64,000 nucleotides of DNA from Sphingomonas sp. (GTDB lineage Bacteria > Pseudomonadota > Alphaproteobacteria > Sphingomonadales > Sphingomonadaceae): assembly GCF_025353885.1 (NCBI RefSeq), contig NZ_JANXNX010000085.1, positions 13,308 to 77,307 on the forward strand, in the 5' to 3' direction. The notes under the pieces are model-generated. The model searched no databases. It had not been told where the DNA came from and was given only the letters and a program-made list of their open reading frames with translations. Shown piece after piece: positions 1 through 8,017 of the stretch (the first letter of the stretch is position 1; each line of letters opens with the position of its first letter). Made by a program: the position numbers and the translations under genes.

Positions 1-144
1 GAAATCGACGCCGAGGTTCAGGCCGCGCGTCGCGACTGCGCCGATCGCCAGCAGCGTCAGCAGCGCGGTCAGCCCGAACGCCCAGAAGCGCAGGCGCACA
101 AAGCCGATATTGGTGTTGTCGGGGACGAGTTTCAGCAGGCGCAT
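1..144 (-). CDS. secF: Protein translocase subunit SecF, N-terminal part (gene continues beyond window start)
   Basis: Reverse strand from ATG at 144 reads MRLLKLVPDNTNIGFVRLRFWAFGLTALLTLLAIGAVATRGLNLGVDF, a typical SecF N-terminus (TM1 then G-x-DF). It lies 15 nt downstream of the secD stop. It is absent from the ORF track because no stop lies in the window. Confidence 0.85.
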   Translation of the reverse strand, partial: MRLLKLVPDNTNIGFVRLRFWAFGLTALLTLLAIGAVATRGLNLGVDF

Positions 145-159
145 GTGGTCAGACCCCGA

Positions 160-1761
160 TCAGATGTGGAGGACGCTGGGACGCTTGCGCCGCAAATAGC
201 TGACCGCGAGCATCCGCGTGAAGAACACGGCGGTGAAATACGACACGAAGATCCCGATCAGCAGCACGACCGCGAAGCCCTTCACCGGCCCCGACCCCAG
301 CAGCAGCATGACCACGCCAGAGATAAAGTGGACGGTGTTCGCCTCAAAGATCGTGCGGCTGGCCTCTTTATAGCCAAGCTCAACCGACTGCACCGGGTTA
401 CGCCCGCGCCGCTGTTCCTCGCGAATGCGTTCGTTGATCAGCACGTTGGCGTCGACCGCGGTCCCGATGGTCAGGACGAACCCGGCGATGCCCGGCAATG
501 TCAGCGTCGCATTGAAGAACGCCATCACCGCCAGGATGATGAAGATATTGATGATCACCGCCAGGTTCGCATAGATGCCAAAGCGGCCATAGGTGACCAG
601 CATGAACACCACGACCGCCAGGGCCGCGATGACCGACGCGATTATCCCGGCGCGGATGGAATCAGCCCCCAGTTGTGGGCCGACGGTGCGTTCCTCGATC
701 ACTTTCAGCGCGACCGGCAGCTTGCCCGATCGCAGCTGGATCGACATCAGGTTCGCGGTCTGGACGGTGTAGTTCCCGCTGATTTGCGCCGACCCGCCGA
801 GGATCGGTTCGTTGATGTTCGGCGCGGACAGGACCACGTTGTCGAGGATCATCGCGAACGGTTTGCCGACATTGGCCTGCGTCACGCGCGCGAATTTGCG
901 CGCACCGACGCTGTTGAACTTTATGTTCACGACCGGCGCGTTCGATTGCGGTTCGTTGCCGGGATTGGCGTCGGACAATTCATCGCCGTTGATGATCGCG
1001 CGGCGTTGCACCGCGATGACCGGCGCGCCTTGGGGATTGCTGGGATAGGGCAGGATCTGACTGCCCGCGGGCGCAATGCCCTTGGCCACCAGGGCCGGAT
1101 CAGCGGTCAAATCGACCAGTTTGAATTCCAGTTTCGCCGTCTTGCCCAGCAGCGACTTCAGCGCCTCGGGATTTTGCAACCCGGGAACCTGCACGACGAT
1201 GCGGTCGTCACCCTGGCGGATGATCGTCGGCTCCTTGGTGCCGAGTTCGTCGATGCGGCGGCGGACGACTTCGGTCGCGACCTGCATGGCGTTTTCGACC
1301 GCTGCGTTCAGGCCGGCGGTCGTCGGCGTCATCGTCACGCGGGTCGAATCGACGACGGCGACGTTCCAGTCGCGCTGCCCGGTGACCCCGACCGGATTGG
1401 TCAGCGCGCGCACCTTTTCCACAGCGGCGTCAAGCTGCCCCGAGTCACGCACGAAGAATGCCAGTGTCCCGTTCGCGCCCGAAATATCACCGATGTCGAT
1501 GGCGGGCGAAGCGCGGCGCATTTCCTGGCGGACGCTGTCCTCCATCAGGTCGAGGCGCTGTTTGGCGACATCGCCGGTCTGCGCCTCGAGCAGCAGATGG
1601 CTGCCGCCTGACAGGTCGAGGCCGAGGTTGATCCGCGGCAAGCCTCCGAGGCCGAAGCGCTCGGCGGTCGTTTCGGGGATCAGGCTGGGGATCGAGAACA
1701 GGATGCCGGTGACCAGCACCAGCATGATCGTCCAGATTTTCCAGCGGGGAAAGTCGTTCAT
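160..1761 (-). CDS. secD: Protein translocase subunit SecD
   Basis: 533-aa ORF with an N-terminal TM, the LGLDLSGG motif, a large periplasmic domain and a C-terminal multi-TM block. It sits in the conserved yajC-secD-secF order. Confidence 0.95.
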   Translation of the reverse strand: MNDFPRWKIWTIMLVLVTGILFSIPSLIPETTAERFGLGGLPRINLGLDLSGGSHLLLEAQTGDVAKQRLDLMEDSVRQEMRRASPAIDIGDISGANGTLAFFVRDSGQLDAAVEKVRALTNPVGVTGQRDWNVAVVDSTRVTMTPTTAGLNAAVENAMQVATEVVRRRIDELGTKEPTIIRQGDDRIVVQVPGLQNPEALKSLLGKTAKLEFKLVDLTADPALVAKGIAPAGSQILPYPSNPQGAPVIAVQRRAIINGDELSDANPGNEPQSNAPVVNIKFNSVGARKFARVTQANVGKPFAMILDNVVLSAPNINEPILGGSAQISGNYTVQTANLMSIQLRSGKLPVALKVIEERTVGPQLGADSIRAGIIASVIAALAVVVFMLVTYGRFGIYANLAVIINIFIILAVMAFFNATLTLPGIAGFVLTIGTAVDANVLINERIREEQRRGRNPVQSVELGYKEASRTIFEANTVHFISGVVMLLLGSGPVKGFAVVLLIGIFVSYFTAVFFTRMLAVSYLRRKRPSVLHI

Positions 1762-1763
1762 CG

Positions 1764-2102
1764 TCAGTCGTTCGCGGGTTTTGCGCCGCCCAGGGGCGTG
1801 ACATCGGTCAACGTCGTCTTGACTGCCTTTACCTTCACCCCGGTTGCGATCTCGATTTCGACATGATCGTCCTCGACGCGCGTGACCTTGCCCATCAGAC
1901 CACCGCCGGTGACCACGCTATCGCCCTTTTTCACAGCGGCGATGCGTTCGCGGTGCAGCTTTGCCTGGCGCTGCTGCGGGCGGAACACCAGCAGGTAGAA
2001 GATCGCGATGGTAAAGATCACGGGGATCAGCGGCGAGACGAAAGCGGCAATACCGCCCGACGCGGCGCCAGCGGTTTGTGCGTAAGCGGGAGTGATGAAC
2101 AT
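1764..2102 (-). CDS. yajC: Preprotein translocase subunit YajC
   Basis: 112-aa ORF with a single TM (PLIPVIFTIAIFYLLVFRPQQRQ) followed by the YajC motif GDSVVTGGGLMGKV. It ends 2 nt upstream of secD. Confidence 0.9.
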   Translation of the reverse strand: MFITPAYAQTAGAASGGIAAFVSPLIPVIFTIAIFYLLVFRPQQRQAKLHRERIAAVKKGDSVVTGGGLMGKVTRVEDDHVEIEIATGVKVKAVKTTLTDVTPLGGAKPAND

Positions 2103-2262
2103 GGAAACCTTTAGCCTGTAAATGGCGAAGGCGCGCGCCTATCAGAGGGGCCGGACGTGCGCAACCTGTGGGCGGGCGGGAGGCCATCGGGTATCCGGCC
2201 ACAACACCCGCGCCGTGCCGCTTGCCTTTGACCGCCCTTCCCCGTATTGGCCCGCCCTCGGT

Positions 2263-2339
2263 CGGGACGTAGCGCAGCCTGGTAGCGCATCACACTGGGG
2301 GTGTGGGGGTCGGAGGTTCGAATCCTCTCGTCCCGACCA
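2263..2339 (+). tRNA. tRNA-Pro (anticodon GGG)
   Basis: 77-nt cloverleaf folded by hand. Acceptor CGGGACG/CGTCCCG, D-stem GCGC/GCGC, anticodon stem TCACA/TGTGG, loop CTGGGGG (anticodon GGG), T-arm GGAGG-TTCGAAT-CCTCT, encoded CCA. Confidence 0.9.
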
Positions 2340-2491
2340 GAAAATGAAGCAGTTAGAATGGTTTAGCGGGCAGCGCAGGTTGCGCTAACTGCCATAAGAA
2401 GTTGTGTCTAACGTATGTGTAGCAGCGCCGCTGTTACGCATTAAAAGAACGAGTCAGCGGTTGGTTTTCATCCACCGCTCTCATCAAACCC

Positions 2492-3364
2492 TCATTCAGC
2501 AACATCCGCAGTCTGAAATTCTCCCTTTAGTGTCCCGAACCGCTTGATTCCCAGCTTGTGAAATACGGACAATGGAGCTTCCGTATTTACAACCTGATCC
2601 GAGTTCAAACTTTCCCGAAGCTCTGCTTGGTTTATGCCAGCCTCCGACAGGTCCTTGAAGATCGTTCCCATGTAACCCCCAATGACTGATGTAATCTGCA
2701 TTTTCACGAACTGAGCGAGATCTGCCATCACATGCGGTATTGGACCTGCACAATGAGCAACGTCGCCATTATTCACCCGCATCATCGAAGTGCTCATATG
2801 GGAAACTCGTCCCCGTTCAATACTGGTAAGGCTTAAGTAAGTGTAATAAACTCCTATCTTCATTTTTGAAAAATGGAGTTCAAATAACCCTATTCCTTCG
2901 CCCCTCAGATTTGGAAAATCTTTCTCTAAAGTTGCAACGGTATAGCTTACAATCAGAGTGCATTCCTGCGCAGAATAAGGAGGAATGTAAACTACGTCAT
3001 ACTTACTTTTCACCACAAATGGCTGGCGCTCTCGGCGAAGCGGAATACTCGCCGCAAAGATTGCAGCTGCAAAGTCCCCAGCACTGTTATCAGCCAACGT
3101 TGAATGGTCTACCTTCCATGTCTCATCGTTTTTCAAATGATAAGTATGGTGAATTTGAACCTTTTTCGAATGCTCATTCGGCCACGCGGTGACATGTTCT
3201 TCACGAATTGGAAGGTTACGATCTCCATCCTCTAGATTTATCGACGAATATGGAGAGAATATGACACCCTTATCCCCTCTATCTTTCGCACCCACAAGTC
3301 GGCAAGGAATTCCATCGATTTTTACCATTAGGGCGACTTGGCTTCGTCTCGGCAGGTTGGTCAT
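2492..3364 (-). CDS. Hypothetical protein (290 aa) in a low-GC insertion; no family recognised
   Basis: Only long ORF in a visibly AT-rich stretch (about 2340-3430) with A/T-ending codons, unlike the rest of the window. I see no motif I can assign, no signal peptide and no TM segment. Confidence 0.6.
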   Translation of the reverse strand: MTNLPRRSQVALMVKIDGIPCRLVGAKDRGDKGVIFSPYSSINLEDGDRNLPIREEHVTAWPNEHSKKVQIHHTYHLKNDETWKVDHSTLADNSAGDFAAAIFAASIPLRRERQPFVVKSKYDVVYIPPYSAQECTLIVSYTVATLEKDFPNLRGEGIGLFELHFSKMKIGVYYTYLSLTSIERGRVSHMSTSMMRVNNGDVAHCAGPIPHVMADLAQFVKMQITSVIGGYMGTIFKDLSEAGINQAELRESLNSDQVVNTEAPLSVFHKLGIKRFGTLKGEFQTADVAE

Positions 3365-3774
3365 CCAGTTGATGATATAGTGCTGCTCACGAGATACTAG
3401 CCGAATGAACTAGCATCAGACAGATGCTAACGATGCCACACAGCGCAAGCCTCCCACACCCGCAAGGCGGCAACGATAACAATCATGTCCTCGCTGTCCA
3501 GTGCCCCGCTTTCAATGCCAGGCAGAACCTGTGTCTCGACCCACGCGTCGAATGAACCGAACCAGATGGTGAACGGGGATGGCGTTGGCTTCGCTCCAAT
3601 TTCCAATCGCTGCACGCGACGTTTGATGGTGTTGGTATGCGCCGCCCGAATACCCGATCTCGTGACCCGATACGAGTCCCGCGCGCAACCGGCCCCCTTC
3701 GCCCGACGACGAAAACGCTGTCCTACAGCAAACCGTATCGGTTAGTTGCGCGCCATCTTCAGGGGAACAGCGCC

Positions 3775-4314
3775 ATGGACATCGACCAACTGATCGACGA
3801 CGCAATCGGGCGGGAGGGGGGTTATGTGAACCACCCCGCCGACCGGGGTGGGGCAACGCGGTGGGGGATTACCGAGGCGGTCGCGCGCGCGCATGGCTTT
3901 CGCGGCGAAATGCGGAGCTTTCCGCGCGCCGATGCGGTTGCGATCTACACGACGGTCTATTGGCTGCGACCGGGCTTTGCCGAAGTTGCGGAATGTGCCC
4001 CGTTGGTTGCCGCCGAACTGTTCGACACCGGCATCAACATGGGACCGGCGGCGGCGGTGGCGTTCCTGCAGCGCGCGCTGAACGCGCTGAACCGGGGGGC
4101 GTCCGATTATGCGGATATCGTTGCGGGGCCACGTGTCGACGGAGCGACTTTGGTGGCGTTGCGCGCCTTCCTGAAACAGCGTGCCCCTGGCGGCGAGCGC
4201 GTGTTGATGAAGGCATTGGAGGCGTTGCAGGGCGAACGCTACCTCGATCTGGCGGAGCGGCGTCCGGCGAACGAGGCCTTTCTTTATGGGTGGCTGGCGA
4301 ACCGGATTGGATAG
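3775..4314 (+). CDS. Peptidoglycan hydrolase, glycoside hydrolase family 108 with C-terminal peptidoglycan-binding domain (endolysin type)
   Basis: From the internal ATG at 3775 (AGGGGA 8 nt upstream) the protein reads MDIDQLIDDAIGREGGYVNHPADRGGATRWGIT, the GH108 signature (EGGY..DxGG.T..GIT). The C-terminal half resembles PG_binding_3. The track ORF start at 3637 is probably over-extended. Confidence 0.85.
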   Translation: MDIDQLIDDAIGREGGYVNHPADRGGATRWGITEAVARAHGFRGEMRSFPRADAVAIYTTVYWLRPGFAEVAECAPLVAAELFDTGINMGPAAAVAFLQRALNALNRGASDYADIVAGPRVDGATLVALRAFLKQRAPGGERVLMKALEALQGERYLDLAERRPANEAFLYGWLANRIG

Positions 4315-4361
4315 CGGATAATTTGCCGTTGAAGTGTGACACAAGGAACAGGAGACATATC

Positions 4362-4775
4362 ATGGCATTGCTGGATTCAATCGTCGGGCCGATCGCCGGG
4401 CTGCTCGACAAGATCATCCCCGACCCGCGCGCGCGGGATTTAGCCAAGCTGGAACTGCTGAAGCTGGAAGGATCACAGGAAATGGATGCGGTGCGGGTGC
4501 AGATGACCGCCATCGTGGCCGAGGCGCAATCGGTCGATCCCTGGACCAGCCGCGCGCGTCCCAGCTTTCTCTACGTCATGTACACGATGATCCTGTGGGC
4601 AATCCCGATGGGGCTGATCGCGGCGGTCCAGCCGACCATCGCACACGACATCGCCGCGGGCATGAACGCCTATCTGGGCAGCATCCCCGATCCGATGTGG
4701 ACTTTGTTCGGGACGGGATATCTCGGTTATACGGCGGCGCGGAGTTGGGGGAAGTTTAAGGGGGTCGATAAATAG
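4362..4775 (+). CDS. Holin of the 3-TM 'gene-transfer-agent release' type
   Basis: ATG at 4362 is preceded by AGGAACAGGAGA. The 137-aa protein has an amphipathic N-terminus (MALLDSIVGPIAGLLDKIIPDP..LAKLELLKLE), then WTSRARPSFLYVMYTMILWAIPMGLIAAV and further TM segments. It sits directly after the endolysin. It matches my memory of Pfam PF11351. Confidence 0.8.
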   Translation: MALLDSIVGPIAGLLDKIIPDPRARDLAKLELLKLEGSQEMDAVRVQMTAIVAEAQSVDPWTSRARPSFLYVMYTMILWAIPMGLIAAVQPTIAHDIAAGMNAYLGSIPDPMWTLFGTGYLGYTAARSWGKFKGVDK

Positions 4776-4800
4776 CGGCCTCCCATTGGATGCGAGGCCG
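4776..4800 (+). terminator. Stem-loop after holin gene (CGGCCTC-N11-GAGGCCG)
   Basis: A 7-bp GC stem begins 1 nt after the holin stop. There is no clear T-tract, so this is weak as an intrinsic terminator. Confidence 0.3.
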
Positions 4801-4854
4801 GTCCGGCTTGCAAATCGGGCGATACTATGGCGTTCTGCCCCGACAACGGGGAGA

Positions 4855-6057
4855 ATGACGATGAGCGATATCGGACCACCGCCGGTCGGCCGCCAGAATG
4901 CGCTGGTCGATCGGGCGAAAGCCATCCTGCTGACACCGAAGACCGAATGGCCGGTGATCGATGCCGAATCCATCACGGTTGCCGAAATATTCAAATCCTA
5001 TGTCCTGCCACTGGCGGCGATCGGGCCGGTGGCTCAACTGGTCGGGTCGACAGTGTTCGGATATGGCGTGGTAGGGTTCAGCTATCGCCCGACGTTGGCG
5101 GCTGCGATCGGCACGGCGATCGTCGGTTATGTGTTCGCGCTAATCGGTGTGTACCTGCTGGCGCTGATCATCGACTATCTGGCGCCGCAGTTCGGCGCGG
5201 CCAAGAACCGGACGCAGGCGTTCAAGCTCGCGGCCTATGCGTCGACTGCGGCCTGGGTGACGGGGATATTCGGCCTGTTGCCCGCGCTGACATTCCTGGC
5301 GCTGCTGGGCGGCATTTACAGCCTGTATCTCCTGTATCTCGGCCTGCCCGTGCTGATGAAAGTGACGGCGGAAAAGCTGGTGCCCTATTTTGCGGTGATC
5401 ATCGTGGTCGCCATCGTGATCCGCCTTGTCCTGTTGGCGTTGACGGTGCCGTTGATCGGGACGTTCGCGATGGCCGGCGGGGCAAGTGCTGTGGACACGG
5501 CTTCGGGGACGGTCACCATCCCGGGCGGGGGATCGGTCGATCTGGACCGGATGCAGGCGGCGTCCAAGCGCATGGAGGCGTCGGCGGCGGCCATGCAAAA
5601 TGGGCAGGCCAAACCGCCGACGGCCCCGGCGCTGTTGCAGGCATTGCTGCCCGCGACGCTGCCCGGCGGCTTTACGCGCACCAGCCTGGAAAGCGCGTCG
5701 GCGGGGTCCGGCGGCCTGGGCGGGTCGAACGCCAAGGGGGAATATACCAGCGGCGACCAGATCGTCCGGCTGGAGGTGACCGACATGGGCGCGCTCGGCG
5801 GGCTGGCGGCGCTGGGCGGGGCCATGAACATCGAATCGACCAAGCAATCGGCAAGCGGCTATGAAAAGACCGGCAAGGTCGATGGACGACTGACCACCGA
5901 AAAATGGGACGCGGCGGGCAAGTCGGGCACCTACAACACCATCGTCGCGGACCGTTTCATGGTCGAGGCTTCGGGGACGGCGCCCTCGATTGACGTATTC
6001 AAGAGCGCGGTTGCCGCGATCAACATCGCCCAGATCGAGGCACTCGCCAAGCAATAG
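4855..6057 (+). CDS. Yip1-domain membrane protein with extra C-terminal soluble domain
   Basis: The N-terminal ~215 aa show the Yip1/YIP1-family pattern (cytoplasmic head then 5 TM: ...[11 protein letters not shown]..., [27 protein letters not shown], ..[31 protein letters not shown]..). The C-terminal ~190 aa are a Gly/Ala-rich linker plus a non-membrane domain. Start is ATG 4855 or ATG 4861; the track start 4786 is unlikely. Confidence 0.75.
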   Translation: MTMSDIGPPPVGRQNALVDRAKAILLTPKTEWPVIDAESITVAEIFKSYVLPLAAIGPVAQLVGSTVFGYGVVGFSYRPTLAAAIGTAIVGYVFALIGVYLLALIIDYLAPQFGAAKNRTQAFKLAAYASTAAWVTGIFGLLPALTFLALLGGIYSLYLLYLGLPVLMKVTAEKLVPYFAVIIVVAIVIRLVLLALTVPLIGTFAMAGGASAVDTASGTVTIPGGGSVDLDRMQAASKRMEASAAAMQNGQAKPPTAPALLQALLPATLPGGFTRTSLESASAGSGGLGGSNAKGEYTSGDQIVRLEVTDMGALGGLAALGGAMNIESTKQSASGYEKTGKVDGRLTTEKWDAAGKSGTYNTIVADRFMVEASGTAPSIDVFKSAVAAINIAQIEALAKQ

Positions 6058-6095
6058 CCGTTGCGGCGGCGCGGGGCGGCCCCCATATCGCCGTG

Positions 6096-6665
6096 ATGAA
6101 TGATCGCACCCAGTCGTCTAGCCCCGCGTGGCACGGCACCACCATCGTTTCAGTCCGCAAGTCAGGGAAGGTCGTCATCGCCGGAGATGGTCAGGTGACG
6201 ATGGGCCAGACCGTGATGAAGCCCAATGCGCGCAAGGTTCGCCGCATCGGGGACGGCACGGTCATCGCCGGGTTCGCGGGCGCGACCGCCGATGCGTTCA
6301 CGCTGTTCGAGCGGCTGGAACGCAAGCTGGAGGCGCATGCCGGGCAGTTGATGCGCGCCGCCGTCGAACTGGCGAAGGACTGGCGAACCGACAAATACCT
6401 CCGCAACCTAGAGGCGATGATGATCGTCGCGGATAAGGACGTGACGCTGATTCTGACGGGCAATGGCGATGTCCTGGAGCCCGAGGCCGGGATCGCGGCC
6501 ATCGGGTCGGGCGGCAATTATGCATTGGCAGCGGCCAAGGCGCTGGTCGAATACGAACCCGATGCCGAGGTCCTCGCGCGCAAAGCCATGGCCATCGCAG
6601 CGGAGGTTTGCGTGTACACCAACGACCGCGTGACGATCGAAGTGATCGAGGGAGCGGCAGCATGA
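6096..6665 (+). CDS. hslV: ATP-dependent protease subunit HslV
   Basis: [24 protein letters not shown] (catalytic Thr after processing) and [11 protein letters not shown] motifs. It overlaps the hslU start by ATGA. Start is ATG 6096 (GTG at 6093 also possible). Confidence 0.95.
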   Translation: MNDRTQSSSPAWHGTTIVSVRKSGKVVIAGDGQVTMGQTVMKPNARKVRRIGDGTVIAGFAGATADAFTLFERLERKLEAHAGQLMRAAVELAKDWRTDKYLRNLEAMMIVADKDVTLILTGNGDVLEPEAGIAAIGSGGNYALAAAKALVEYEPDAEVLARKAMAIAAEVCVYTNDRVTIEVIEGAAA

Positions 6666-7963
6666 ACGACGCCCTGACCCCCAAGGCCATCGTCGCGGCT
6701 CTCGACGCGCACATCGTCGGTCAGCAGGATGCCAAGCGCGCGGTGGCGGTTGCGATGCGCAATCGCTGGCGGCGGCAGCAACTGTCGCCCGACCTGCGCG
6801 ACGAGGTTTCGCCAAAGAACATCTTGATGATCGGGCCGACGGGGTGCGGAAAAACCGAAATCTCGCGGCGGCTGGCGAAACTGGCCGACGCGCCGTTCGT
6901 GAAGGTCGAGGCCACCAAGTTTACCGAAGTCGGCTATGTCGGCCGCGACGTCGAACAGATTGCCCGCGATCTGGTCGAGGAAGCGATCCGGCTGGAGAAA
7001 GAACGCCGCCGCGTGTCCGTCAAGGACAAGGCCGAGGATGCCGCGATGGCCCGCCTGCTCGACGCGCTGACCGGCAAGGGCGCGTCCGAAGCGACCCGGC
7101 TCGCGTTTCGCCAGCGGTTCGAGGAAGGCTCGCTCGACGACAAGGAAATCGAGATCGAGCTGGATGCAGCGCCGCAGATGCCGTTCGAGATCCCCGGCGG
7201 CGGCGGCAATGTCGGCATGATCAACCTGTCCGAAATGATGGGCAAGGCGTTCGGCCAGGGCCAGCAGAAGCGGCGCAAGATCAACGTGCGTTCGGCGTGG
7301 GAAAAACTGATTGAGGAGGAAGCCGACAAGCGCCTCGATCAGGACGAGGTCAGCCGCGCCGCGCTCGCCGACGCCGAGGCCAATGGCATCGTTTTCCTCG
7401 ACGAGATCGACAAGATCGCGGTCAGCGACGTGCGGGGCGGTTCGGTCAGTCGCGAAGGTGTCCAGCGCGACCTGCTGCCGCTGATCGAGGGCACGACGGT
7501 CGCGACCAAATATGGGCCGATGAAGACCGACCATATCCTGTTCATCGCGAGCGGCGCGTTTCATGTGGCCAAGCCCAGCGACCTGCTGCCCGAGTTGCAG
7601 GGCCGCCTGCCGATCCGCGTCGAACTGAAAGCGCTGACCGAAGAGGATTTCGTCCGCATCCTGAAAGACACGCGGGCGAGTCTCGCCGACCAGTATCGCG
7701 CGTTGCTGCTGACCGAGGGGGTGACGGTGACCTTCACCGACGACGGGATCGCCGCCATCGCCCACATCGCGGCGGAGGTGAATGCCAGCCTGGAAAACAT
7801 CGGAGCGCGGCGGCTGTCGACGGTGATGGAAAAGCTGCTGGAGGATGTCAGCTTCGAGGCCGAGGACCGGCAGGGAACGACGCTGATCGTCGATGCAGCT
7901 TATGTCGACGCTCAACTGGCAAGCGTCGCGCGGAACACCGACCTGTCGAAATACGTGCTGTAG
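6662..7963 (+). CDS. hslU: ATP-dependent protease ATPase subunit HslU
   Basis: [38 protein letters not shown], Walker [16 protein letters not shown] and Walker [11 protein letters not shown]. Start at 6662 overlaps the hslV stop; the track start 6608 is over-extended. Confidence 0.95.
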   Translation: MNDALTPKAIVAALDAHIVGQQDAKRAVAVAMRNRWRRQQLSPDLRDEVSPKNILMIGPTGCGKTEISRRLAKLADAPFVKVEATKFTEVGYVGRDVEQIARDLVEEAIRLEKERRRVSVKDKAEDAAMARLLDALTGKGASEATRLAFRQRFEEGSLDDKEIEIELDAAPQMPFEIPGGGGNVGMINLSEMMGKAFGQGQQKRRKINVRSAWEKLIEEEADKRLDQDEVSRAALADAEANGIVFLDEIDKIAVSDVRGGSVSREGVQRDLLPLIEGTTVATKYGPMKTDHILFIASGAFHVAKPSDLLPELQGRLPIRVELKALTEEDFVRILKDTRASLADQYRALLLTEGVTVTFTDDGIAAIAHIAAEVNASLENIGARRLSTVMEKLLEDVSFEAEDRQGTTLIVDAAYVDAQLASVARNTDLSKYVL

Positions 7964-7980
7964 TTAGCTAAAAATAGAGA

Positions 7981-8006
7981 CGTCACCCGGCGCAGGCCGG
8001 GTGACG
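7981..8006. terminator. GC-rich hairpin (CGTCACCCGGC-GCAG-GCCGGGTGACG) between convergent hslU and M16 peptidase genes; REP-like
   Basis: Perfect 11-bp stem with a 4-nt loop, located 18 nt after the hslU stop and 12 nt before the peptidase stop. It shares the CCGGG(G)TGACG core with the element at 34727-34803. Confidence 0.5.
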
Positions 8007-8017
8007 AGATGCCCTTG

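Noticed and set aside
145-1611. Very long ORFs antisense to recognised genes. Examples are 145-1611 (+, opposite secD), 6518-7915 (opposite hslU), 8850-10169 and 9470-10561 (opposite the M16 peptidase), and 16372-17499 and 16716-17855 (opposite ftsZ). Further cases are 24844-25989, 28090-29313, 29277-31010, 43631-44446, 55366-56340 and 59523-60542.
   Set aside because: The partner strand encodes a protein with clear family motifs in every case. The antisense translations are Arg/Gly/His/Asp/Pro-rich low-complexity strings with no motifs. Stop-free antisense frames are expected in ~65% GC coding DNA. There is no independent support such as an RBS or conserved features.
2349-2392. Stem-loop after tRNA-Pro (GCAGTTAG...CTAACTGC, alternatively TTAGCG...CGCTAA), considered as an attachment-site remnant.
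   Set aside because: The two alternative pairings are both short, and there is no matching second copy at the other end of the low-GC region. It is probably just the tRNA transcript terminator region.
3427-3615. 62-aa ORF (GTG start) between the low-GC gene and the endolysin. I considered it as an integrase or HTH remnant that would mark an island boundary (AKPTPSPFTIW faintly recalls the P4-integrase arm-binding N-terminus).
   Set aside because: The resemblance is a few residues only. There is no catalytic-domain remnant and no RBS, and the upstream in-frame sequence lacks a start codon. I cannot support it as a gene or pseudogene without a database search.
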